DNA of 64,000 nt. It comes from Candidatus Woesearchaeota archaeon. GTDB taxonomy: Archaea; Nanobdellota; Nanobdellia; Woesearchaeales; 21-14-0-10-32-9. Within the stretch, counting starts at the first letter, position 1; each line of letters opens with the position of its first letter. The stretch covers positions 1,452 through 65,451 of the forward strand of contig JAIPET010000003.1 of assembly GCA_021736975.1 (NCBI GenBank). Reading direction: 5' to 3'. The notes under the pieces were generated by a model. That model was not told where the DNA came from, made no database searches, and saw nothing but the letters and a program-made list of their open reading frames with translations. A program made the translations under genes and the position numbers. Positions 21,237 through 33,600 of this stretch are shown here, piece by piece.

Positions 21237-21411
21237 GTCTCTATCAAGAATTACTTTTTGTCCTCTTATTTCTAGGATTTTAGTTTTTTTGTTCTTGTTC
21301 CATAATTTTAGTAAAAACTATTATTTATTTAAAATTACCTCTATTTATCTTCCATAGTGAAGTTAATTTTCTGCTATTCATTCAAAACAAACATTTATAT
21401 ACTAGATATTC

Positions 21412-21465
21412 AAAAACCATATTAATACATAAAAATATGGTTTTTTTCCTGAAAGGCCTTTCAGG
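21412..21465. promoter_or_regulatory. Two adjacent perfect palindromes in the divergent intergenic region (candidate operator sites or bidirectional hairpins)
   Basis: First: AAAAACCATATT (21412-21423), 10-nt spacer, AATATGGTTTTT (21434-21445). Second: the 18-nt palindrome CCTGAAAGG|CCTTTCAGG (21448-21465). Both lie about 45-95 nt upstream of the RHH gene start and downstream of the ORF6N gene 5' end. Confidence 0.3.
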
Positions 21466-21507
21466 ATTGATTTTTTATTTTTGGAAAAACTTAAAAAACA
21501 GTGAAAA

Positions 21508-21657
21508 ATGGGTAAAAAGAAAATTACAATGACAGTGGATGACGACGTCTTCTTAGAGTTCAAAAGATATTGTAGAATGAACGCCATGAAAGTCTCTAGC
21601 AAAGTAGAACTCATGATGAAAAACTTCAATAAAGATCTTCAAGAAAATCAAAAATAA
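21508..21657 (+). CDS. Ribbon-helix-helix (CopG/Arc/MetJ-like) small DNA-binding protein, 49 aa; not in the supplied ORF track
   Basis: Translation: MGKKKITMTVDDDVFLEFKRYCRMNAMKVSSKVELMMKNFNKDLQENQK. It shows a beta-strand (ITMTVD), helix (DVFLEFKRYCRMN) and helix (KVSSKVELMMKNF) pattern. TAA at 21655-21657 sits 1 nt before the ATG of giant ORF2 at 21659. Confidence 0.6.
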   Translation: MGKKKITMTVDDDVFLEFKRYCRMNAMKVSSKVELMMKNFNKDLQENQK

Positions 21658-21658
21658 A

Positions 21659-24600
21659 ATGATAAAAAGAACAAGTAAGCGGACGTTGAAAATAATTATG
21701 ATTATGTTCTTAACGGTAGCAATAGCTATATCTACAAATGCATTAACAACAGATAAAACAATTTATGAATTAGGAGAAACTGTAATAATAAATACTAATA
21801 CAACAAATTACACATTAGAAATACAATCATCAAATCAAAAATACAAATTAATAAACAATGAAGACTCAATAATATATTTTACTCCGACAATAATTGGAAC
21901 ACATACTATAACTTTGAATAATAATGAACTATTAAATTTTGAAGTAATACAATCAACACAAAAACAACCAACATCACAAATAAAACCAATTAAAGAAAAA
22001 TCAATTTCCCTAACATCTTTAATAAAAAAAGAAGATTTACCAATATCTATTTTATCAATAGAAGATAGTTGGTGGAATTCAAATTACAATTCAAGAAAAC
22101 AAATAAACATAACTAACAATGATGTAACAAATACAATAACAAACAAATACACAGCAAACATAACAATAAATACACAAACACTAATAACAAATAATAAATT
22201 ACAAGCAAATTGTGATGACTTAAGAATAATCTGGATAAATTCAACAACGCCAACTGAAATAGATAGAACAATAACTAATTGTAACCAAACAAACTCCGTA
22301 GTAGAATTTAAAATACAAAAAAACATATCTGCATCATCAAACTCAGACAAATATTATATTTATTATGAAAATCCCTCTGCAATAAATCCTCCAAATAACA
22401 AATCAAACATATATTATTTGTGGGAAGACTTTGAAGATCAAACACATCCTTTCTCAAATGGAGCATTAAGCCCTACAGTAACAACTGGTTCAGCTAAAAA
22501 TGGAGTTTATGGCTTAGAAGGAAACGGAGGAGGAGGATATAGAAGAGCAGTAGTTCCAGAAAATCTACCAAGAGGATTTACAATAGAATCATGGGTATAC
22601 AGTCACGGAGATGGAAGTAACGCAGATTTACCAGGAATAAGTTATGGAATGCAAACAAGTGAATTAAATGGATACCAAACAATACTGGACTGGAGATCGG
22701 CAACTGCAGGAAGTGCAGATATGCAAATAAGAGAAAACTACGCAAGTGGATCGCCGCTAGCAACAAGCACAGCAAACACAGTAAGCAAATATCAATGGTA
22801 CTATGTAACAACGACATGGAAAGAAAATGGAGATATACAAGCGACAATATATAATTCATCAATGTCATTATGGGGAACGATGAATGTAAATGACCCAACA
22901 TATACAACAGGATACTACGGAATAAATGCATATAAATCAGGACAATGGGATGACGTAAAAGTAAAATTATTTATGTCAACACAACCAACATATGATTTAT
23001 TAACAGAAGAACAAAGAAACCCTTTAACAGTATCCCTAAATTCTCCAGAAAATAATTCAGTAAAAGATATATTAACATTTAACATAAGTTGCACAGCTAC
23101 AACAGAATATGAATTAATAAATATAACGTTATACATAAATAGTACAGGTACCTGGCAAGCAAACCAAACAAAATCAGCAACAGGAAACAACTCACAAAAA
23201 AACTTTGAAATAACCCTTGAAAATTTAAACTCATACAAATATAATTGTTTAGCAATAGATAACGAATCAAATCAAGCATTCGCAAATGAAAATAACACAT
23301 TTACAGTAAATACATTTTTTGATTTTACTCCAGAAATAAATTTATCTTACCCACAAGAAAATTATACAAACAACACACAAAACATAATAAATTTAACATT
23401 AAATGCTAGTGTATCAGACGATGTAAATTTAGTTAATTGTTCATTATACCATAATTATTCAGGAACATGGAATCTAAATCAAACAAATACAGTTACAGGA
23501 AATTTAAACACAACAAGTTTTCAACTAAACAATATTGGAAACAAAAGTTTTATTTGGAATATTGGATGTTATGATGATGCAAACCAATTAAATTTTGCAG
23601 AAAATAATAGAACCATAATACTAGATAATGAAAATCCACAAATATCAATAAATGAACCAACAAATCAAATATACTACATAAATAACATAACAATAAACAT
23701 AACAACAAACGAACCACTAAATTATTGTAATTATACATTAGATAATTGGTTAACAAATAATTTAACAAATCAAATATCTTCAACAGAATATCAAGCAACA
23801 GAAAATAATCTTGCAGAAGGAACATACACAATAAAAACAAGTTGCGAAGATATACATGGAAATATAAATAATACGGAGCAAACGATATTTACAATAAATC
23901 ACAAAAAACCAAATGTAACTCTTACAAATCCAACGAACAATTATCTAAACAACACAAACCAATATGTGAATTTAACATTTTCTGCAACAGCTACAGATGG
24001 AAATGAATTAATGAATTGTAGTTTATATCATAATTATTCAGGAACATGGATATTAAATCAAACAAATCTAGTAACGGGAATAAGTAACACAACAAATTTT
24101 CAATTAAATAATTTAACAAACAAAATATTTATTTGGAACATAGAATGTTCAGATAAAAACAACGAAAAAGCATTTGCAACAAGTAATAGATCAATAATAC
24201 TGGATATAAATCCACCAGGATTAACAATAAATTCTCCAAATGAAACCTATCAAGATCCATCACCATTAATAATAATAAACATAACAGATCAAGCAGAAAC
24301 AGCATGGTACAACATAAACAATCAAAATAACATCACAATTTGCAATAATTGCACAGGAATACAAACAACATACAAAAATTTACCTGAAGGAAATTATCAA
24401 ATAAATATATATGTGAATGATACAAATGCAAATTTAAACTCAAAATCTGAATTTTTTACAATAAATCAAAATTTAAATTACTACGAAACATATGATGATC
24501 AAAGTTCACAATATGTTTTGAATGATTCTTTAATACAAAACGGACAATTACAATTTACAGGAACAGGAGGCGAAACACTTCTAAACGAATCATTTGACGA

Positions 24601-27600
24601 TAACAATTATTTAGATGGAAATCCAGTTACCTGGAATTTTGTAAATCAAGGAGTAGGAGATAGTACTCCGGAATGGCTAATAGCAGGAGGAATATTATCG
24701 GAAAGTGGAAATTGTCATGATGACTCAACAGATTTAGGAAGAGATACAACAGCAAAAGGATGCTATGCATACCCTGGAAATTATGAATGGACAGATATGA
24801 ATATCACAGCAAGAATAAGAGCGAGTGATGACGATGGGATGGGATTGATGTTTAGATATGTTGATCAAAATAATTACTACAGATATAGATTTTCAGGAAC
24901 AAGAGATTTTAGAAAATTAGATAAATTTGTCGGAGGTGTATGGTCAGAATTAGATGTGGACTATTTAGTGGATGGCGGATTCACACAAAATAATTGGCAT
25001 ATTATGACAATAACAATAATAGGCGATCAAATAGAAGGATATTTGAATGGTGTAAAAGTATTAAATGCAACAGATTCAAGCATAACAAATGGAAGTGTTG
25101 CATTATATTCCTGGGGTATGGACACTGGAAGTGTTGGAGGAGACTTTGATTACATAAATGTAACAGATTTAACACAAGGATATTCTTCAACAACATTTTA
25201 TTCAGAATTCATAAACACAACCAACACAAAAACATTAATATCAAATATAACTTGGAATGAAAATAATACTGATCAAAATAATAACATAACCATACAATTA
25301 ACAACAGATCAACAAAATTGGTGTCAAGCAACAAATAACCAAGGAATAAATACGGGAACTTGTTCAAATTTCACATTAAATAATAGTTTACAATACAAAG
25401 TATTATTTCAAAAAAATAATTCAGGAATAATAGGCTTAAATGATATAAATATAAGTTGGCAAGAAGATACAGAAAACCCTACAGTAGAAATAATAAACCC
25501 AATACAAAATCAAATATTAACAAACAATTACACAATAAATATTTCAATAAATGACAGTCAAAGTGGAATAAATACTGCAGAATATATAATAAAATATCAA
25601 AATCAAACAATAGCACAAAACTGGTCGCCTTTAATTTTAAATCAAGGAACAATAAATCAAGGATACTGGAGTTCAAATATAACAACAATAAACTTCCAAG
25701 AAGATACATATATTTTAATAATAAATGCAACAGATTTTGTTGGAAGATATAATGATTCAAAAAATATAAGTTTTTTTGTAGATAATATAGGACCCTCATT
25801 GACATTATTACAACCAACAGATAATCAAACTATAGAATTAGAGTCAATTTTAACAATAGCAGTAAACATAACAGATAATTTACAAATAAGTACAAACGCA
25901 ACAATAGAATATCCAAATACAACAACAACTCAAATTAATCTAATAAATACAATTGGAAATACATATGAAGCAAATTTTACGATGCCTATAATTCAAGGAA
26001 GATACAATATAACAATAAATACAAACAATTCAAACGGAAGAACAAATCAAACAACAACGTATATTCAAGGTAAAGATCTGCAAAATCCACAAGTAACTAT
26101 AATAAATCCTGCACCTTTAACAACAATAGAACAATTAACAAATATAGATATAAACGTAACAATAAATGATCAAACAAATACAACGGTGCAAGCAAATATA
26201 ACTCAACCAAACTTGCACGATGATCAAATAAGTTTAACTCAAATAAATAGTACACATTATTCAATAGAATATACTAATACTTCACAAATTGGGATATATA
26301 ATATAACAATAATTGCAACAGATGAAAATAATAATCAGAATGTAACTGAAACAATTTCTTTTCAAATTCAAGATTTAACAAAACCAACAGCATTTAATTT
26401 ATTAAGTCCGACAAATGCAACAATAAATACAACTATACAACCAATGCTTCAATGGGAACAAACTACTGAAGCTAACTTTAAAAATTATACAATAAATATA
26501 TATGAAGATCAAGCAAGAACAATTCTTAATGCAACATATTATACAACAACTATAACGAATACCTCGATAACAATTGATGCTCTTAATTCTGATGCTACAT
26601 ATTATTGGGATGTAACAGCACACGATTTGTATGGGAATAATAGAACTTCAAATCAAATATATAGCTATACAACAGATAATACTAATCCACAAATAAACTT
26701 ACAATCCCCAAATAACACAATAATAAGAATAAACACAACAACAATAAATTATACACCAATAGATACAAATCTAAAAAATTGTACATTATACTTAAATGAT
26801 ACAGGTGTTTTTGCACCAAATCAAACAACATTAAATCCAATAAATAATCAAATTAATCAATTCAATATAACCTTACAAGACAATTCATATGATTGGAATA
26901 TAAACTGTTATGATCAAGCAAATCAAAATAATTTTGCAATACAAAACAATACATTCACAATAAATACAAAACCAACAAAAATAAATTTGATGTCTCCACA
27001 AAATAACTCAATAGATTCGGATGGTATTATAACAATACAATACAATTTGTCCCACATAGAAAATGTAACAAATTGCACATTAAATTTTCAAGAAACACAA
27101 TACCAAATAACATCAATAAATCAAAATTTAACAAATAATTATCAATTAAATAATGTTGAAGCAGGACAATATAATTATAACTTAACTTGCGAAGACTTAT
27201 CAGGATATATTAACACTTCACAATCAAAAATAATAAATGTAATAAGAACAGAATCATTTTCAGGAAATACATCAAATATGAGTCAAGAATCACCAGAAAA
27301 CTTAATTAATTTAATATTAGAAAAACCAAATAAAGGAAAAATAAATTTTACAGAAACAATTAATTTATCTGGAGGCGCAAATCTAAATCAATTAGTAGCA
27401 ATAAATCAAAATTTCATATCAGTAGATACAATAACAGAACCAAGATTAAACAAATCTGCATCATTAACATTTTATAATTTATCATATCAATTCACACCAA
27501 GAATCCTAATAAATAATCAAATTTGCTCAGAATGTCAAATAATAAATTATGCTAGTAACACATTAATAATGAATGTAACTCATTTTACAAATTATTCAAC

Positions 27601-30600
27601 AGAAGCAAATACGCAATTAATAATCTGGGATCAAGATGATGATGTAGCAGGAAATAATCATGTATCCATAGGCGATCAAGTACAATTTTATGCAAACTAC
27701 ACAAATAAAACATCAGGATCATCAATTTTTGGGGCAGGAGCATATTGTGAAATAATATTTGATGATACAAATTTAATAAATATGACTTATAATGCAACAA
27801 CAAAAATATATGAATATAATAGAACATTTGATGCACAAAGTATAGAAACCTGGAATGTGAGTTGTATTGCAAGCGCACAAAATTATGAATCTTTAAATTC
27901 AACAGATAATGTAGAAATAAGAGGACCTGCACCAATAATAGAAAATGCATTTTTTAATGAAACAACTGCAAGAGCAGATGATTATATATTAGTAAATGCA
28001 ACAATAACAGATTCATCTGGAAATGATACAGTCACAAGTGTAATTTATTCTATGCAATATCCAAACGGAACTAAACAAAATTACTCAATGACTCAATCAA
28101 TAGACTATGATAAAACACATAGTTCAACAAATATATTATCAGAAGAAAGTTCATCAACGCCTCAATCAGATAGAAGAACAATAGGAGAAACAGGAGAAAT
28201 AAATTTAACAAGTATGACCTGGCAATTAGTAGAATTAACTAATACATATAATAATACACCAGTAATTGTTGCAATACCAACAACCCAAAATGCACCGGCT
28301 AGTTTTGATGATTCTTATATGATACCAACAATAAGCATGGTTAATGAAACTCATTTTAATATAACTACTTGTTTAGATAATGGGACATCAACATGCACTC
28401 CTAGCGATGTAGAAGAAACAATACATTATTTTGCATTTGATCCACAAGCATCAAACCAATTTTCATGGATAGATGTAGGAACTGTAAGTACAACAACAGG
28501 AGGAGCAGATACAACAGTGACTTTTGGAAAAACATTTTCAAATACTCCTGATATTTTCACAACAGCCCAAACATATAATCAAAATGGAAATATTGCAGCA
28601 ATAGCATGGGCAGAAGATACAGCAACAAAAACAACAAGTAGCGCACTAATAATTGGATGTGTACATCAAGGAACAAGCGATGCATGTGCAACAGGACAAC
28701 CAGATGAAACCATGGGTTATATAGCAATAGATTCTGCAAATATTAATATCACTTCTTGGCAAACAGGGTCTGCATCAATAAGTGCAAGTACTTGGACCGC
28801 GGCTGCATTTTCACCAACATATGCTGCGCCAAGAGTAATGGTAACACAAAATGATGATAATGGTGCTCAAGATCCAGAATATGCGTGGGCAAGAAGTTTA
28901 ACAGGAAGCGGAATGCAATATAGATATTGTGAAGCAGACGGAGCAGATTACTGTGATTCCCACACAGGAGAAGTAGTAAACTGGTTTGCATTAGAACAAG
29001 GAAATATAACTGCAAGAGGAGCATCAACAGATACAGAAGCAAACAAATCATATGAATATTATTACGATGTAGACAATAAAAACGTAGTAAACATAACAAA
29101 TATGAATATAACAATAGAAATAAGTGCATATAGTAATTTAGGCTCAATCAGCAAATCAAACAATGATCCAGATTTAATCATAGAAATTGCTTCAACAGAT
29201 AATTCAAGCTGGTCAGAAATAGGAACTTTAGGAGTATCAGGAATTGGAAATTACACATTAAATATAACAAATCAAAGCATATTAACAGCATGGATAACTC
29301 AAACAAATAGAGATATACGAATAAAACCAATAAATTTAGATTTTTACGATGATACAAATCAAGACTACATAAATTGGTCAGGAATATATTTACAAATGAC
29401 ATATGATGCAGAATCTTCAAATTGGTACCATATATTTACAGATACATATCAATTAAATGAATATAATCTAACAGACATATATGTATCTGATGAAGACTTA
29501 TTCACCAATCATAAATTATTTAATGATATAAGCTTCTCAATTTATACAACTGTTTTAGATTCATTTAATTTAACAAATCCAACAAATAATACTTTAAGTG
29601 CAGACAGACAACCAGTACTAAATTGGGAACAAACTTCAGCATATAAATTTAAAAATTACACAATTCAAATAGACAACAATTCAGATTTTTCAAGTCCTGA
29701 ACAAATAATAATAAAAACCGTACTAACAGAAAATACATCAACAACATCAAATTTACCAGCAGATCAAACAAGTTACTGGAGAGTTATTGCATACAATGAA
29801 TATAATAATGCAACATATTCAAATCAAATATTTAGATATGAAACAGATAATACGAATCCAATAATAAATTTAACAACACCTTCACAAAATCAAATATTTT
29901 ACACAAATACAATAATATTTAATTATACGCCTAATGATTTACATCTTAAAAATTGTACTTTATACACTGATGTGAATGGAACTTGGTTTGCAAATGAAAC
30001 AAATACAACTCCAATAAATAACCAACCAAATTATTTTAATAAAACAATAAATGATGGATATTATACTTGGAATGTGGAATGTTATGATGAAGTAAATCAA
30101 AAATCATTTTCAGAAAATAATAATTCATTCATTATAGATACTATTCCACCAACAATAAACTTAGAAACTCCGCAGAACAACACATTAAATGAAACAACAA
30201 ACAACATATTATTTGAATATAATGTCACAGATATATTAACATCAATACAAAATTGTGAAATGATATTAGATGAAGATATAAAAGACACAGATATATCAAT
30301 AACAGAAAATACAACTCAAAATTTTACAATTTTTGTAGCAAATGGAAATCACAATTGGAGCATAAATTGTACTGATGATAATGGACAAGTAGGTTCATCA
30401 GATATTTACAATATATCTGTAAATGTAGCATCAGAATCAGATCCTCCAATAATAGTATTGAATGAACCCTTAGAAAACACTTATTCACAATTAAATAATA
30501 TAACATTTAATTATACACCAAGTGATGCAACAGGAATAGAAAATTGTTCATTAATAATAGATGGAGAAATAAATCAAACAAACACATCTTTAACTAGTGA

Positions 30601-33600
30601 AGAAACATCAACTTTTCAAATAAATGAAATGCCTGATGCACAATATTCTTGGAAAATAGAATGTTATGATAATAATACTCAAGCAAAAGGAAATAGTGTA
30701 ACAAGAATATTAACAATAGATACAATAAATCCAATAATACAATTAAATTTACCAGATAATGATTCATTTTATACAAATTTAAATTTATTTTTTAATTACA
30801 CACCAACAGATACAAATTTAGATTATTGTGAATTATTTCATGATGATACTGGAATATTTGAACTTAAACAAACAAATAATTCTCCTATAAGTGGAATAGA
30901 AAATTTATTTAATCAAACTTTACAAGAAAATACTTATCTTTGGAATATAAGATGTGTTGATTTATCAGGAAGAGCATCTTTCGCAATACAAAATAAAACT
31001 GTTAAATTAGATGCAAATTCACCAAAATACTCAAATATTTCTATTAACCCAGAATCTTCAACAAATTATACAGAAGAACAAATATATGAATTTAACATAA
31101 CTATAAATGAAACATTTTTAGATACATTATACATACAACATAATTTTACAGGAACATTAACCAATTATTCAGTTACAACAAACCAAGGAAATACATATTT
31201 ATACAATTATACAGATATATTTCCAGGTAAGTACATATACAAATGGTTTATGAATGATTCATTAAATAGACAAAATGAAACATCTATCTTTAATTATCAA
31301 ATAAATATTTCAGAACCAAATATGACATTAACATTAAACGGACAACAAAATGACATAACTATAAATGAAACACAAAGTGTGACAATAATTTCAACATTAA
31401 ATGAACCAACAAATAAATATTATGAACTATATCAAAATGGAATATTAATAAATTATGGAACATCTCCACTTTTAAATATAACAACATACAATAATGCAGG
31501 AATTTATCAAATAATAACAAATATAACCGGATCTGAAAATTACACACAAAAATCAATAAACTATACAATAACAGTTAATGATGTAGATTCTCCGATCATT
31601 ACTTTAATTTATCCAGAACATAATTCTACGGTTGGAACCTCAAATATAACATTTCAATACAATGTAACTGATAGTACAAACATAACCAGTTGCGAATTAT
31701 ATGTAGATTCATCATTAAAAGATACAGATACAAACATAACAAAAAACACATTACAAACATTTAACTGGAATGTAGCTGACGGAGATCATGATTATTATAT
31801 AAGATGTTATGATGAATACAGCAATACAGGAACATCATCAACATATGATTTTTCAGTTCAAGACTCAACACAAATAAATATAATAATAAACACCACAAAA
31901 CAAACATATCAAGAAGGAGAAATAATAGAAATAAACAGTTTTACAGGAGACTTATTTGGAAGTCCACTTAATACCAGTTTAGAATTAGACTTAATATATA
32001 CAAATACAACAACCAGTTCAGCATCATGGTGGAATACGACCTGGCAAAAAAGAAAAGCAATAAAATTAAACAATCCTGATAGTTCAGCATCATTAAAAAC
32101 AGTGCATGTTAACATAACTAATTTAACAGGATATTTAACAGATTGTTATAAAGAATTAAGAATAATAAAAAACACTTCAACAGGACCAGAATTAATAGAA
32201 CATGAAATTATATCAGGAGATAATACAACCTTTTGTCAATTAAAATTTAATGCAGATTTATCAGCAAATGCAATAGATGAAATAAATTATCACGTTTATT
32301 ATGATAATAATACGCCTGTAACAGATCCTGGATTTACTGTTACAGATATAACATTTAATATACAAAGAGGAGAAATAACAGGATCAACAACATCTATAAC
32401 AGATACAATGAATCAAGTTAATCAAGCAAACTCATTCATAATATTAAGTTCTAAAGCATCATCAACTGCACCCAATGGAAATCAATTTACACCTAAATTT
32501 GATTCTGATACTCAAATAAGTTTTGACAGATATTCTGCAGTTGCAGGAACAGCAAGTTGGCAAGTAATAGAATCATCAGATTATTTTGTGCAAGCAAATA
32601 CAACAACATTAAGTACATCACAAGTAGCTACAACTGTTAACATATCTTCAATAAATACAGACAAAACAATAATAATACCTTATGCAAGAGCAAATGATGC
32701 AAGCGCATCAAATAATAACAGAGGATATGTATATGCTACAATATTAAATGAAACACAAATTCAATTAAATAGAAGTTCAACAGGTGCTGCTGCAAGCGTA
32801 TATTACCAAGTAATAGAATTCCCAGAAACTTACACAGTTAGATCAGGAACTTTAAGTTTTACAACAACATCAGCAACTGATACAGTTCCACAAGTAAATA
32901 CTAGTAGGAGCATGCTCTTCTTCTCATACGGTATTAATGGAGATACAGGACTAGATGCAAACCACATAAGAGGCAAATTTAATAGCGGAACACAAATAGA
33001 ATTTAACAGAGTAGTAAATCAAGGAACAGCATATGTATCTTGGTATGTTGTAGAATTTCCAGAAAGTTTTGTTACTCAATCAGCATCATCTACGATTACT
33101 GCGGATACAGGAGTTTTATTGACAAATCCAATTGTATTAAACAAAACATTTCATGTTCAATCAAGAGCAAGTTCAGGAGGCGGAACAACATATACGAATG
33201 CAATGGTTAAAACAAATCTGACAAATACAACACACATATACTTAGATAAAGAAACAACGTCAAACATTAACGATATAGATTGGATGTTAATAGAAAAAAC
33301 AACATCCACAACATCAACAAATACATCCATAGGAAATACTGAAGAATTAATACAAAAAAATGTTTCAATAACAGGACTTGACGGATTTGCAGATTTAATT
33401 TATTGGCAAACAATAAATGAATACTTTGGAAATTATTCTGTTGTAGGGCTAGCATCCAGATTTGCATTTACAAATTCAACAAATTATGCAACTTTTGAAT
33501 TAACAAATGATACAACGCCTCCAATAATAACTATAAATTATCCTGGATCAATCGAAAATATAAGTAACAGTTCAACTTTATTTAATTTCACAACATATGA

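Noticed and set aside
21154-21357. 67-aa plus-strand ORF overlapping the 5' part of the ORF6N gene.
   Set aside because: It is antisense to a well-supported domain-containing gene and has a hydrophobic, low-complexity translation.
21412-21447. The hairpin AAAAACCATATT-N10-AATATGGTTTTT followed by extra T residues, read as an intrinsic terminator.
   Set aside because: No plus-strand gene ends nearby; ORF1 ends 1 kb upstream with an opposite-strand gene in between. On the minus strand it lies upstream of the ORF6N gene. A protein-binding palindrome is the more economical reading, so it is kept only as a low-confidence regulatory feature.
21402-21629. 75-aa minus-strand ORF listed in the track between the ORF6N gene and ORF2.
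   Set aside because: It overlaps the plus-strand 49-aa RHH-like ORF (21508-21657). The RHH-like ORF has a coherent fold pattern and tight coupling to ORF2. The minus-strand translation has no features and would run across the palindromic control region.
20436-21657. ORF6N plus RHH genes between the giants, read as an integrated prophage or plasmid remnant.
   Set aside because: No integrase, att-like direct repeats, tRNA target or further mobile-element genes are visible. Two small DNA-binding genes are insufficient evidence, so this is mentioned only as a possibility.
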